Source: the human T2T-CHM13v2.0 reference genome, Homo sapiens. Taken from it: DNA of 64,000 nt. Below the pieces are notes generated by a model. It saw nothing but the letters and a program-made list of their open reading frames with translations. It was not told where the DNA came from and did not search any database. The position numbers were made by a program, and so were the translations under genes. Shown here piece after piece: positions 28,527-55,424 of the stretch (the stretch's first letter is position 1; each line of letters opens with the position of its first letter). The stretch lies in NCBI RefSeq assembly GCF_009914755.1, contig NC_060932.1, one strand, 5' to 3'.

Positions 28527-30687
28527 GTATGGAGTGAGATCACAGTGTCATTGTTATGAATGAGCCATGAAGTAGTGGATGAAGGAACCGTGGAAACTTT
28601 CACTTGTAATCTACCTAACTGCAGAGGTGGATGCAAACTTGATAAAACGTACATTTTCATAAGACTGTGTGAGTCTATTAAAGAGAAGCGTTCTGTGTTT
28701 TATTTTACCCTTTTCAAGCTAACCTTTAGGGCATCTTGAGGTCTTGAATTTCCCCACTTTATTTGCCAACTTTTGGCCAAGGGGTGGCTGTTTACTGGGG
28801 GTAGTGGGAATAGTACCCAGGGGGAAGAAAATAAGCATAACTTAATGTCTTGTGTGGCACATAAGTACGTTTTAAAGAATGACTGGAGATGGAAATGTTG
28901 GGAATGGTAATGTGGATGGATAAATTATTAATAAATGGGTAAGACATCATTGCTGCATCCATGGTTTGGAAAATTGACCAATGGTTTACTAACAACAACA
29001 AAATGCTATGAATTGTATCATGGAAGCAAACCAATACTGAGACACCGTGTGGACTTTTTGCTCTGGGTAGCAGGAGAAGTGTCCTTGTGATTGTTTTCTT
29101 TCTAAAAGCCCATATTTTTCCTTTAAATACTTAATAAGCACTTTTACTTGTATTTATTTTCAGTTTCACGGCATAGGTTAACTTATCAGAAGTTGCCCAG
29201 TTAGAACTGCGTTGCTTTTTTATACTTTTCAGAACCTAAAACGGGAATTTCAATTTTCAAAAAACAGAATGAGTATAAAAAAAATTGAACTCATCATTGC
29301 TATCCATACAAATTTGAAGAGTAATCATATTTGGAGGTACTTTTGGAAAAATGTGGAGTTCTTGTCATGAAACTTCTGTAATAAACAAGTAACTCTCAAT
29401 TATATATGATAACTGGGGACTTAATGTTTCAAAGATAATTTATATTCACAGGTAATCCTAAAATCTTATTTTAGCCAATAATTTCAATGCCCCTTTGTAG
29501 AAAACCTTTGTGCTATTTATCAAATAGCAAAGTGAATTGATTTGCATTTGTTCTCCTTTTATTTCCCTTGCTTACCAAATGGTGGAGGTCCTAATGAACA
29601 ATGACAAAAAGGTAGGCAACAAAAAGGAGAACAGAAAAAAGACTTAGATAATCCTTAAACTGAATAATCAGTATGGATTATAAGAAATGGTGTAAAGCAA
29701 ACTGTCCTGAATATCCATGATTTTAGGATTCCTAATATTTGAATACTTGATGAGAAGTCGATTTTTATTTTCCTAACATGTTTTAAAATGAAACATTCAT
29801 ATACATTTCATTTACAGAAACTAAAGAAAAATCAATATGAAATTAAGTGTATTTGTCAATTATATAAATATGTATCATTAAAAAGCCCTTTTCCTGCTAT
29901 TAAAAAATGTTCATTTTAAGCAATTGAATACATCACCTATCTTGAGAAAAAAAATTTTAATGTCCAAGAGTTATTTTTCTTATGCTATATTTAAATACTT
30001 GCCTTAAAAAAAATCTCTCTTCAGTGCCTTCCACTAGTACTACTTGTAAAAGAAGTAATTACTCAAAATGTGATTTAAAAACCTGTAACGTTTAAGAAAA
30101 ACTATTTAATTCTAAATGAAACAGAGATGAAACATACAGTTTGACAGCTCAGCAACTCAGACCATTTATCTTGTTCTGTAGGCTTCGATAATTCACAAAT
30201 GGCTTCTCAGAAAAAAAAATGCAGCAAATACAGTGATCTCTAAGCTTTTTTGCTTTTCAAGGTTATGTTGCTTTAAATGTTTCCAAGATGCTCTGTCTTT
30301 CAGCTTTGATTTTCTTTTCTGAAAAGTTGAGCTATTACAGTTCAGAGATAATATATGCAAAGTATCCATTACTGTGCTGAACACACTGAAAATGTTAGCT
30401 GTATTAAAATTTGAACTGTCTTAACACCCTTAAACTACTACTTTAAGGTAAAAAAGTAATCCTAAGATGATGATGTGGCCAGGATGAGCTCCTGGGAAAC
30501 CTGAGACATTTTCTTGTCATTTTGCTCACCAGGTGCTTTTCTACTTTTACTATTACTGTGCAGCTTAACAGTTTTTAATGTGTTTTGAGTTTAGATTCTG
30601 AGTCTTATCAATTTCTAGTGATTAGCCTTTTATTTATAGGTTAAAATGTTAAACGTTCTAATTTAAAATTTTAATAATTTTCAATAG

Positions 30688-30756
30688 GTTGAAAGACTTG
30701 AAGCCAAAGTAGTTGAACCCTTGAAAACTTATGGGACCATTGTGAAAATGAAACGG
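30688..30756 (+). CDS. CIBAR1: CIBAR1 exon 3 (VERLEAKVVEPLKTYGTIVKMKR)
   Basis: caatAG acceptor, CGG|GTAAGT donor, 69 nt in frame. Confidence 0.95.
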
Positions 30757-30850
30757 GTAAGTAAATCCATTTTCTCACTTAACTGTGAGTTACTCTGGCA
30801 AAGACTATGAGGTTTCCAATTGTTTTTTTAAATAAGAAATACAAAGTAGT

Positions 30851-31170
<320 letters not shown>

Positions 31171-31417
31171 TCATTCTTTTTACTCTGAAAGATCACTTAG
31201 ATCTTTAAGAATAATGAAATAGTTTTAATGAGCTTATTAAGTATACTGTAGCAATATAGACATTATTATGGAAACTTTAAAATAATTATGAAAAATATAT
31301 GGACAGAAATTGCTTTACTATATGAATATAAGTTTTTCTTTAAAGCGATAGCATTTAGACTTTTAAAATGTGTGAGAGAGTTCTATTTTTAAAAGTTACT
31401 TTATTGATAATTTACAT

Positions 31418-31627
31418 CAGCAGTCCCCAACCATTTTGGCACCAGGGACCGGTTTTGTGGAAGACAATTTTTCTTTAGTTCACAATAGGGTTTGCACTCC
31501 TATGAGAATCTGATGCTGCCTCTGATCTAACAAGAGGCAGAGCTCAGGCCTTAATGCTAGCTCGCCCACCACTCACCTGCTGTGCTGGCCCAGTTCCTAA
31601 TAGGCCTGGGGGTTGGGAGCCCTTGAT
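31418..31627. mobile_element. MER1B-like hAT DNA transposon relic
   Basis: 'cagcagtccccaacc...ttttggcaccagggaccggtttt...ggggttggg'. Confidence 0.7.
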
Positions 31628-31976
31628 TTATGTGCGATAAAATTCTTCCATTTTAAGTGATCATTGAGTTTTGGACAAATGTTTATACCCATGTAACCAC
31701 TACCGCAATCAAAATTACACATTTATATGCATATATCTATTATGGTTAATAGTTTTGCACTGAAATTGTGTCATTATTTTGAGAGAATATTAAACACATT
31801 CTCACATACATAGACACTAATTATGTAATACTTGTAATTCCTGTGGTAATGGTACCAGGATCACACAAGAAGTATTCTTCCATTCTTAAAACAATTCTTA
31901 AAAGAATTCTTCCATTCTTAAAACTGAATTTTCTTAAGTCAGACATTTTTACTAACAAAAAAATGCCAATTTGCAG

Positions 31977-32078
31977 GATGACCTCAAAGCAACACTCACA
32001 GCAAGGAATCGAGAAGCTAAGCAATTAACTCAGTTAGAAAGAACACGTCAGCGAAACCCATCTGATCGACATGTTATT
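31977..32078 (+). CDS. CIBAR1: CIBAR1 exon 4 (DDLKATLTARNREAKQLTQLERTRQRNPSDRHVI)
   Basis: ttgcAG acceptor; donor ATT|GTATCCTTT (U12 consensus); 102 nt in frame. Confidence 0.93.
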
Positions 32079-35078
<3,000 letters not shown>

Positions 35079-35084
35079 TCACAG
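35079..35084 (+). CDS. CIBAR1: CIBAR1 exon 5, a 6-nt microexon TCACAG (Ser-Gln)
   Basis: ttcAG|TCACAG|GTGGGT; supplies the SQ of 'RHVISQAETEL' as I recall the protein, and brings the CDS to 870 nt / 289 aa. Confidence 0.85.
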
Positions 35085-36064
35085 GTGGGTAATAAAGTGG
35101 TGTGTCAAGAAATGGATCCTTATAGTAAACCCTTTTACTTGTTTCAATTTATACATTTTCTTGAAAAAGAAAGCAAAAGCTAAATGTCACAGTATTACTT
35201 ATCACAGAACTTTGACAACAAATGCAAACTTTTTCTATGATTAATTATTAAATGATGATATATGTGACTTTTGAGTAAATATAATATTAGCACAAGAAAC
35301 AAAACTTTATTAGGAAGAATTTAATCCGAAAACTGGGCTGTGTCTTTTTAAATTTCTGTGTTACCTTTTAAGAAAAACTCTTAAATGTTTTTGGGCAACT
35401 TTTGTTCTAGCAGACGAGATGCTTAAAGAGAGATACACAGTTAGATTAGAAATATTACTATAGCTACTGACTATATATGGCTGTTGAATTCTTGAAATAC
35501 AACTAGAGTAACTTTGGAGCTAGTTTTTAATTTTTTATTTAATTTTAATTAGTTTTAATGAAAATAGCCCCATATGGCTAGTGGCCACCATATTGATTGG
35601 ACAGAACAGATCCAGATAATATGAGTACATGTCCAAGCGTGTTAGACTTGCCATCTAATTTTAGTTACTAGTGTATTTATTTTTTGTAATAAGCATTAAC
35701 TAAATAGAAGCAGTGTAACATGGTTGTCTTGTAAAGAAGAATCTACAAGTAGAAGTCCCATGCTGAAATATTTGTAGTGTATATTGTATTCCACCTGATG
35801 AGGATATTATAGAATTAGGAATATTTAATGCATTTGGAGAACAAGTAGAAGTAAGCAAGGTAGAAAGAAAGAGTCTTTGGTTATATACCTGCTAACTCAA
35901 AATACCTCAATGTTGTAATGATTTCAAAAATCAAACTCTCAGTGGTAGAAATTGTCATAGCTGTCTCTCTACTGTGTGCCACTCTCCTTAGTCATTTCCA
36001 AAGATGATTTCATGTAATCCATACAATAGTCCTATGAGATAAGCATAAAGAGTAAGAGATAATA

Positions 36065-36368
36065 GGCCAGGTGCGGTGGCTTACACCTGTAATCCCTGCA
36101 CTTCGGGAGGCTGAGGCTGGTGGATCACTTGAGGTCAGGAATTCAAGACCAGCCTGGCCAATGTGACGAAACCCCATCTCTTCTAAAAATACAAAAAATT
36201 AGCTGGGTGTGGTGGCATGCACCTGTAATCCTAGCTACTCAGGAGGCTGAGGCAGAAGAATCACTTCAACCCAGGAGGCGGAGGTTGCAGTGAGCCGAGA
36301 GCGTGCCACTGCACTCTAGCCTGGGCAACAAGAGCAAAACTCTATCTCAAAAAAAAATAAATAAAAAA
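36065..36368 (+). mobile_element. AluS element
   Basis: Alu consensus; TSD aagagataat. Confidence 0.9.
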
Positions 36369-36838
36369 GAGATAATCTGTAATTGAGAGAATTGAAATAA
36401 TTTTTACTAAGTCATAAGTCCTTTTCAGGGGAGAAATGGCTAATGGAGAGAGAGACAAAAGAAAAATAATTTTTGATAAATGGCACAGGTAGTGAAATAG
36501 AGGGAAGCAGTAGAAAATATGGGAGATGGTTTTACAGTAGGTTATCCAAGGGTGTCTGGAAAAAAAATTATTTTATAGACAGAAAGGGAAGGATTTGGGG
36601 GTAGTTTTTGTTCTTAGGGTTTTTTTTCTAGATCATGAATCATATCACTAAATAAAGTTCTTTATTCTGCATGTGCTTACATAGATCATTTTATTATATA
36701 TGGTAAAATATAATATTAACAATTTACACTGTTATGCCAAAAAGCCAGTACTGCAATGGTAGAATTTACCAGTAGGCTCAATTGAATGAATTCTCATTTG
36801 ATTTTTTTTATATCCTTGGTTGGGGAATACTTTTGTAG

Positions 36839-36952
<114 letters not shown>

Positions 36953-37069
36953 TAACTGTTAGGGTTCAAAACATGTTTTTAACCTTTTTTTTTACTTTAA
37001 TGAAAAATTTAAATTACTCTAAATTTTTTAGCCCATAATACCCCTTATAAAGAAAATATGATAAATAAG

Positions 37070-37924
<855 letters not shown>

Positions 37925-39189
37925 TTAAGCAGAGACATAAAATATTTTACCCAAAGTACAATAGCCAGAAATAGGAGCTATAAACCAATTTTTTAATCTG
38001 TGGTTTCTGTTATAATACAGTCATTAATTTTTATAGCTTAATATTTTGTAGTAACTACATATCATCAAATAAGTAAACAGGGTAATAGTAGCCAACCACG
38101 TAAATTTGCATCTACTATGATATGGTATCTTAGTCAACAAAATCACAAGAATTGCCTTATTCTAACACATATGTAGATTTGAAACTTTCTTGGGGATCAT
38201 GAAATTCAGCAGGTCTTTTTGATAACCATCTTGGAAACACTTGAAGGACCTCTTATGACCATCTTACAGACTAAAACTCATCTAAGGCTCTTTTTGGCTC
38301 ACTGAAGATTTTCCTGTAACAGGCTTTAAATATGTTTGTTTTTATTTTACTACTATTGACAAATCTTCCTTCATAAGCTATATTCTTTCAATAAAATAAG
38401 CATTATCTGCCACTTAATTATATTATTTATCTCTGAAATCCATGAAACAGTATTCATTTACATCTTTTATTTTCTTTAATTTCCTGTCATAGTTTCAAAG
38501 GATTTCTGAGCTCAATTTAGTCACAGGCTCTGTACTCTTCTATGTAATAGTAGATTGCTACCCACAGAAGAACATCTCAGGAGGCTGTCCCGAGACAAAT
38601 TCCTTTACCAAGCTAGGAGAGTATGGTCAGGGTATAAAGTTTTATAATTGCTGACATTCCCTCTTAAACTGAGCAAGGAAGGAGAATTATTAAGATAATT
38701 AATTAGCCTTAACCTGAAAAATGGGAATGGAGACTTGTGAGCTATGCCTGATTCCACTGTTGGATAAAGGCTTCTTTAGTGATGGGAAACTGATTCCTTG
38801 CTCCATCATTGTTCCTCAGACCTGCAAATTTTTCATTTACACATGGAAATTTGTCTCTATTCTGATCTTTGGGCTCACTTCTATGTTCTGCCTGGATGCT
38901 GGTTTTAATTCCCTGAGCATTACACAGTACCAAACCCCACAGAGAAAGTGAGTGCAGCATTCCCAGCTACAATTCCTGCTACCTTGGATTTCCTGAAGCA
39001 ACAGGAGATGGAGTAAGGTGCTGTATGGTGGAGGGTGCACAGAGAAGAAAAGAGCTTCTGAGCTTTTCTCTATTGTGCCCCCTAAAGAGGAAAGTCTCTT
39101 GATTTTAGGAAGTCTCTTGGTCACAGAAGAAAAATTTTTTAAAAGACAGGAAGAAACTTACACTTTAAAAACATTGGGCTATAATTCAC

Positions 39190-41470
<2,281 letters not shown>

Positions 41471-43109
41471 CAACCTACAATTTAAATGCAAACTCCCATA
41501 ACCCTAGCAGACTCCCAGAAATATGAGCACTAGATATCAATACCAGAGTCTGTTAGGGTTCTGAATCTCCATTCTGCACATCATTCCTCATCACTGTCAA
41601 ATTGCTTCCTTTCCAAGTAAAGCCGCATTTGGGATCTTTTATAATAAAGAGGGATGTAGAAATCTCACAACAGTAGCCTCAAAGATCAGTCAATAAGGGT
41701 TACATTATAGCCCCCTTACTTTTTTTTTTTTTAATAGAGCTGGTGTCTCCCTGTGTTGCCCAGGCTTGTCTCAAACTCCTGGGCTCAAGCAATCCTCCCA
41801 CCTCAACCTCCCCAGGTGCTGGGATTACAGGTGTAAGCTACTGTGCCTGGCTGGCCCCCTTATTTCTAATAAAAACAATAGTCAGATATTACCATGTTGA
41901 TCTTAGCATGTCTCATAAACATTTCTGTGAGATAAATGCCTGGAAAAGTCAGATTATTGATACCACTCTTAATTTGGGGAGAAACGGAACATTCCTATTC
42001 TTACCTGTTATCAGGCTACTGCTTCTGATAAGGGCAGAGTTTGTGGCTCCTTTAACCATTCTGGAAGCAGAAATGATTGGCAGTAGTGAGCACTGCTCAT
42101 AACTGTGAGTGCATTACTGTGTTTGAGGTGAGTTTAATTGATAAGTCCATTTGAATTTTGGTATTGGTATTAAACAGCAAGGTAATACATTTTTGAAGAC
42201 TTTTCATAGGAACTTTGCAGAGTGTCTCTCTGAAATCGGCTGGCATAGAACTTAGTGTACAAAATGAGAGAAAAATCACAATCCTGTTTGTTTCCATGTA
42301 TTAGGAAAAGTCATCAGTATATGATGAATGTCAAGGGAATTTCACAGTTACAAAAAAGGTACTTAACCAGGAGTTGCTCCTGTAACAAATGGGGATGGGA
42401 ACTCAGTATGTAGTGAAGTAGCTGACATGAGCAAGAAACATCATAATTAATTTTTATAGCTTTATTTTTATTATAAATATAAATCATAAAACTTATCCAT
42501 AAAATTAGACAAAAATTTAGTCTCACCACCCAAAAATATTCATTTTTTATTTTATCCTTCCAGATTTTTCCTATGCATATATACAGAGACATAGTAATAA
42601 CAATAACAAACATTTCTTAAACATTGTCTGTGTGCCAGGTACCATTCTAAGCATTTTGCATGAATAAACTCATTAATTCCTCAAAACATCATTATGAGGA
42701 AGGTACTATTTTTAGTCCTAACAGTTATACATCAATGGGACCACCGTATATATAGCATCTCTTCTTAAAACTTATGGATATATTTATGCCAAGAAACAGA
42801 TCCATATCATTTTTTTGTTATCTTTATGATATTCTGCAGTATGGTTATACTAGTTCATTTAACCAGTCCTCATTGGTGAATGTCTAGGTTATTTTTGCAA
42901 TTGTAGCTGTCACTGCATCATTACACATTGTTAAACAGCAGCCTTTGTGCTGGCCCAGTTATTCTCTTGAGATAAATTACCAGAAGTGGAGTTCCTCCTT
43001 CAGAGCATACTTTTAATTTTAATATATATTTTTAAAACTTCTGTCCACAAAGGTTAAACCAATTTACGTTCCTACTAAACCTTGCATAAGCACAGGTACA
43101 ATGGTGAGT

Positions 43110-43412
43110 TTGTTTTTTTGTTGTTGTTTTGAGACAGAGTCTCGCTCTGTCACACAGTCTGTAGTATGGTGGCATGATCTTGGGTTACTGCAACCTCTGC
43201 CTCCCGGATTCAAGTGATTCTCCTGCCTCAGCCACCCAAGTAGCTGGCATTACAGGCGTGCACCACCATGCCCAGCTAATTTTTGTATTTTTAGTAGAAA
43301 CAGGGTTTCACCATGTTGGCCAGGGTAGTCTAGAACTCCTGACCTCAGGTGATCCACCTGCCTCGGCCTCCCAAAGTGCCAGGATTACAGGCATGAGCCA
43401 CTGCACCCGGCC
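43110..43412 (-). mobile_element. AluS element
   Basis: Reverse-complement Alu consensus. Confidence 0.88.
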
Positions 43413-45743
43413 TGTGTTTGTTGTTTTTTTTTTTTAATATGACAATGTTGACACCATAAGTTGCAGTATTTTTAATAATAGGTAAAAAATCAGTATCATT
43501 TGTGTTATTACTGCTGAGCTTTTTAAATGTATTTAGCGATACATTCCTTTAGTAAATTATATTTTTCCTTAACCTATATTTCTGTTGGATGTTGGAATTT
43601 CTTACTAATTTCTAAAAATTCTTTATATTGAGAAAATTAGCCCTTCAAATTAAAGAGAAAGTATGTTGCAAATGTATTTTCTCATTTTACTGCTTAGTGT
43701 TTTTGCCACCTCTAAGTTTTCTTTTTATTGCCAAATCCATCTTCTTATCTTTGGTTTCTTCCTTGGTGTCATGCTTAGAAAGGTTTTCATCCCCTAGGTT
43801 ATATAAATACTTGCTTATATTTTCTTGATTTTTAAAATACTTTAAACATTAAATATTTAGCTGGCAGCTGTGTTTTGCATGTGGTACGACATGGATATAT
43901 AACTTTAATTTTCAAATGGATAAACAGTTCTCTTACATCCTTTATTGAATATCCTATACGCTGGAGAGCTGTCATTTCCTCTTTGCGAAAATGTTCTTAA
44001 AACCTTTTCGTTAAAGATCTCTTTTGTTAATCAAACAAGATGGATGCTTTACTGTTAGTCATTACATCCAATTTAGCTAGTTGACTTTGTTGTTCTTGTT
44101 GAGACAGAAGTCTCCAAATGTTGCCCAAGCTGGTCTGGGACACCTGGACCCAAGGGAACCTCCTCCCTCAGCCTGCCAAGTAGCTGGGATTATAGGCACA
44201 TGCCATTGTGCCTGGCTAGTTTACTTCTTGAGCATTAAAAATGGGTGTATTGGCTTGTCATCGACTCTTCGTTCAGTTTTCCCTCTAGGAGTTTCCACAC
44301 TCAAGAAAACCTGACTCCTTTCTGGTTTGCAACTATCATAAGGACACTAACAACTAAGAGTAGGTCCCAGCCCTGGTCAGAAGCCATTCCTCCTCTAAGG
44401 TATTCCTGGGTATCTAGAGATACTTTAATATGAAATCCAAAATTGTATTTTAGCATAATGCCGTTTATCCATCAGTTGCCAGCCTGGTATACCTGAGCCC
44501 TCTATAACTTACATGAAGTGACAGTAAGGGTCATTGTGAATCATCGTTACAAGTCTTTTTTACCTAGGCCCTGTCCTCTCAGACTGACGTATATCACTGA
44601 GTAGCAATCAGAGCCTCTTAATGCTCCCTTAAGTGTTTTTCCAATCATCTAGGAAGAATGGGGCTGGAGGAAAGAATCACAGGCCACTGATAAGTATCTA
44701 TATGGCTATCCTCCAAAGTATATGACCACTCCTTTCTGGGTTATCTTAGGAGAGCAGGGATGAAGGAAAATGTGTATTTGACTACTGCCTACTAATATAA
44801 TCCATGCTTGAGTATTTTCTGCCTTGTTCTTATTCAGCCCAGTTCTCTCTACATTGCTTATTTTGTTATAATTAACAAAATGATAAGATCATATTTATTA
44901 AAAACTTGCCTGGTTTCCATCTTTTCCACACCTACTGATTACCTCACCCCCTGCTTAGATCAACATGCACATCTTCACTCATACTCTTTGTTCATGATCT
45001 TCCTTGTCATAGGTTTCCATCATGCTTATAGAGGTTACCTGCACGGTTTATCTGTGAAGGAAATGATTGATTCCGGCAAGAACAGCACAGTTCAGTGGGC
45101 AATAGCAAAAAAACCTTAAATGAGCTATAACCTTGTAGCCTTAGAATCAGATCTGTGTCTAAAGAGTCTGACCTGTGAGCAACACTGGGCAAGTCAATAT
45201 TTGTAAACTAGAACGCTCTATGCAAATATATGGTGTTATCATCAGTGGCAGGAGTGTCATTACTACCAAGTAACTCCTTTATGTTTAGAGAATACAAGTA
45301 GCATACAGTGTGGAACATAATTCCTGTTTAAAAAACGTTCTCCTGTTTAAACATCAGTTGGAATTGCTAAAACACCAGCTTCATAACTGAACTGCTCTAA
45401 TACTTAATAAGCATATGGTATTAAAATTATATAGTAGCATACATTTTAGTCAGATCTTATGTTATTATAAATGTCAATTACTAGGTATAAAGAGAACTAA
45501 CTAAAATAAAAAATAAGAGGGAAGTGGATGGTGATAAAGGAAATACTTTGTATTATTTGAAGGTTTGGCAGCAAAAGGTCTTCACAACTGTTTTTCAGTT
45601 ATCTTTTGTACTTTATTTACCCTATAGAAAAACAGATACTTCTGTATTTTATAAAATACCAAGACTATAGTGAGGAATAAAGTTACTATATTCATAAAGA
45701 AATTTAAATCATTGTTTAAATTCAATTCTTTGGTTTTTTTTAG

Positions 45744-45857
45744 ACTATATTTTCTGAATTTATCACAATCGAAATGTTATTTCACGGCAAAGCTTTAGAG
45801 GTCTACACTGCTGCCTACCAGAATATACAAAACATTGATGAAGATGAAGATTTAGAG
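45744..45857 (+). CDS. CIBAR1: CIBAR1 exon 7 (TIFSEFITIEMLFHGKALEVYTAAYQNIQNIDEDEDLE)
   Basis: tttttAG acceptor, GAG|GTAGGA donor, 114 nt. Confidence 0.95.
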
Positions 45858-45937
45858 GTAGGACTATGTCTATCTAAGCTCAGTTCTTCTGTTAATGTGG
45901 AAATATTTAAAAGAGAACATTAGTATGTGATTAATAT

Positions 45938-52347
<6,410 letters not shown>

Positions 52348-53461
52348 GCAGCATTGTTTTTATATATAATAAGTGGCCTAAAGGAAACCCTTTAAAAATA
52401 TTTTAGGTATAAGTAGTAGAAAAGGAGATGTAAAGAAATAGAGAAGCCAGGACAATGAAAGAGTTTAGTAGCATTTAAGTTTCAGGAAGGGGGTCAGTGA
52501 GGATGAAGAGGAAAAAAAGACCTTGGTGATGTGAGGAAGAGCAATTTTAGTGGGAGGTGAAAAGCTCAATTGTAGTTTGTTGATAAATAAATGGAAAAGA
52601 AATTTGTTTAAAAAGAAAATGGAGATGAAGTCGAATATTCAAGAAAGTTTTTTAAGTAGTTATACCTTGAGATAACTAAAAAAAAAAAGACTGATCTTGA
52701 GCTTGTTTTTTAGGAGAGGGAACCTGTGACAACAAAAGCTTTTGTTGGTTGGGTTTGAAGTTTTGGTTAAAGGAAAAATGCACATTGGAACTAAATCAGA
52801 ATGGTATTTTTAAAGAGAAAGAAGGAAAAGGAGGGGCGAAAAGCTTGAGGGAAAGTTCAAGAGATTCATATCTGATAACCTTACCTATTAGTCTATATAG
52901 AGAAATGGTGGGGGTAGGGTAGAAAAGATGGAGCTAGAAAGGCTTAAAAGTGGTAAACATTTGGAAATAGTGCCTTAAGGAAAGAGAACTGACAAGTCGT
53001 GGCATTCCAGATCCTAGTAAGGTTGGAATCCATAAATTATAGTGGTTCCAATTTACTCTTATGTAATTTTCATAGCAGTACTGCAGAGTTAAATTGGTAA
53101 GAGTTGAGAATTTGCAGAACAGAAAGATTCAAAGGTATGAGTCGCAGCCTCCCTACTAGCTTGCATGCTCTTTGAGGGTCTCAACTTCTGCAGTTCTCCT
53201 GGCAAAAGCATTTAAATGATTGTTTCATGACTAATTACTGTTTAATATCTGTCATCATCTTACATAGTTCAAATAGAATTTTTAGCTTTCATCTTTCTAG
53301 CTTATTTTTGTTGTCTTTTCTTTTACATTTACAATAATTGGAATTTTGTCCATTTGGGGGGAGTTGTTTTTTTAAAAAAAAATCTTAACTAAGGAACTTA
53401 ATTTGACTGTCTTGATTTTGTTTAGCATCTACTTTATAATGCTATTTTATCATTACAATAG

Positions 53462-53581
53462 GTTTTCCGAAATTCTCTGTATGCACCAGATTATTCATCT
53501 CGTTTAGATATTGTAAGAGCAAATTCAAAGTCACCTCTTCAGAGATCACTGTCAGCTAAGTGTGTATCTGGAACAGGACAG
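53462..53581 (+). CDS. CIBAR1: CIBAR1 exon 8 (VFRNSLYAPDYSSRLDIVRANSKSPLQRSLSAKCVSGTGQ)
   Basis: caatAG acceptor, CAG|GTGAGC donor, 120 nt. Confidence 0.95.
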
Positions 53582-53975
53582 GTGAGCAAGAAACCGTACT
53601 CTAAAGGAATTTGAGCTGCTGCCTTTGGAATTGTTGAGTTCTAAAAATGTTTCCCCTCAGTCATATCACCTCGGTAACTTATCCTCCCCTGGACCTATTT
53701 CTTCTCTTCTATAAAATGACAGAAGATTGCATTAAGTGCAGCTCTATTATTTCTTAATTATCTTTTATACTGTAATTACATATTACTCTCTAAAGCATAA
53801 CACTTGAGAGCAGAAGTGGAAAAGACAAAAGAATGCTATCTCACTATCAAAACTTAGTGGATCTCATTAAATTATAAAGTTAAATACCAAATTATACTAA
53901 AAAAGGGCTTTTACTGAACACAGAAATCATTTCATTTTTTTTCTATATCCAGAAAGCTTGAGTTTCCCAGTATCT

Positions 53976-54720
53976 AGAGCAGGGGCTGACAAACTTTTTC
54001 TTTAAGATGTGGAGACTAACATTCTTAGGCTTTGTGGGCCATATGGTTTCTACCCCAACAACTATAAATAACAACTGTTAAGTAACACATAAAGCAGTAT
54101 GACTGTGTTCTAATAAAATTCTGTTTACAAAAGCAGGAGGCTGGCTGGGCCGCAACTTGCCAAACCCTGATCTAGAGAGCTATGCCCTTTTCATATCTAG
54201 CCTTCAGAATATAAAATTCAACAAACTTATTTTCAAGATACAACTTTTAGGTAAATTTGATACCATACTTTCTATTTTCATTTGATTCTCCTGTAAGCAT
54301 TTATTTTGTTTTATATGTATGTATCTCTCCCCCAACCCAATTGTATTTTTTTTATTCCGGCATTAAGTGCCTTGAACATAAATTCCATAAATTTACTTTT
54401 ATAGTCCATATAAAGTTTTGACTACAACTAATAATGTCACCTTAGCTAACACTTGTATAGCACTTCAGAATGCATTATCCCAGGGTTTCTCAACCTCAGC
54501 ACTGCTGACTTTGGGACAAATAATTGGGCCCACCAGGGAGGAAGAAGGGGACGGAATACTGTCCTGTATATTGTGACGACATCAAGCAGATATTAGCATC
54601 CCCCGCCTCTACCTACAACATGCCAGTAGCACACATAAACACACAGCCCCAATACTGACAAACAACAGTGTCTCTAGACATTCCCAAATGTCCCCTGGGT
54701 TAGATATAATCACCCTCAAG
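53976..54720. mobile_element. MER58-like (about 53976-54173) and MER20-like (about 54478-54720) DNA transposon relics
   Basis: 'gcaggggctgacaaacttt...gcttgccaaaccctg'; 'gtttctcaacctcagcactg...gacattcccaaatgtcccctgg'. Confidence 0.65.
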
Positions 54721-55210
54721 AGAAGTTTTAAGCAATATGCCCCACGTGGCGGCAGTCAGGCAACTTAAAACTGGTGAATTCAGATTCTCAACTCATTCCA
54801 TTTAAATCACACTACTTTTACATCAGTATTTCTGTCCCACTGCCTAGCTGAAATATCCTTCTATTTTTGCCATCCATTTTATGATTCTCAAATGCTGTTT
54901 CTGTGACCCAAAATTTATTTTTAATATTCATAATATAGAGTCTATACTTTTAATGTTTTTGAAGTATTGATGGCTATCCAACTAAAATCAAATGGCTAAT
55001 TACACATTTTTATTCAAAAAAATGTGATGAATGAAAAAACTGGCTTCTGAGCTTAAAATTCATAGGGAATTTTCACTACTAAAAATTATGACATGGACAT
55101 TTTTTTGAAATATTTGTTGTGTGCCCTTTAATAGCATAAAAATATACCAAGAATGTAAAATTTTTTTAAGTTAGTATTTTTATTTTAAAAAGTGTGTTAA
55201 CTTTTAACAG

Positions 55211-55303
55211 GTATCCACTTGTCGACTAAGAAAGGATCAACAAGCAGAAGATGATGAGGATGACGAGTTAGATGTTACAGAAGAAGAAAATTTTCTTAAG
55301 TAA
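55211..55303 (+). CDS. CIBAR1: CIBAR1 exon 9, last coding exon (VSTCRLRKDQQAEDDEDDELDVTEEENFLK*)
   Basis: taacAG acceptor; TAA at 55301-55303; acidic tail. Confidence 0.95.
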   Translation, partial: VSTCRLRKDQQAEDDEDDELDVTEEENFLK

Positions 55304-55424
55304 ACTACACATTTCCATTTTCATCATAAATGACTTGAAATCCACAATGACTAAATTGTAGAACTTTATACTCACTTTGCTATGTTAAGCCTCAAAGTGA
55401 AGTCCAACTGGAAACAGAAAAATA

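Noticed and set aside
36810-36817. ATATCCTT (AT-AC U12 donor consensus) just upstream of the exon 6 acceptor
   Set aside because: It lies in the acceptor region with no evident upstream exon or matching AC acceptor, and is probably chance.
54742-54757. Possible CTCF or E-box site CCACGTGGCGGCAG
   Set aside because: It has several mismatches to the CTCF core and cannot be supported without ChIP data.
55211-55218. Exon 9 starts with GTATCCAC, resembling a U12 donor
   Set aside because: It lacks the TT at +7/+8 and is explained by Val-Ser-Thr codons.
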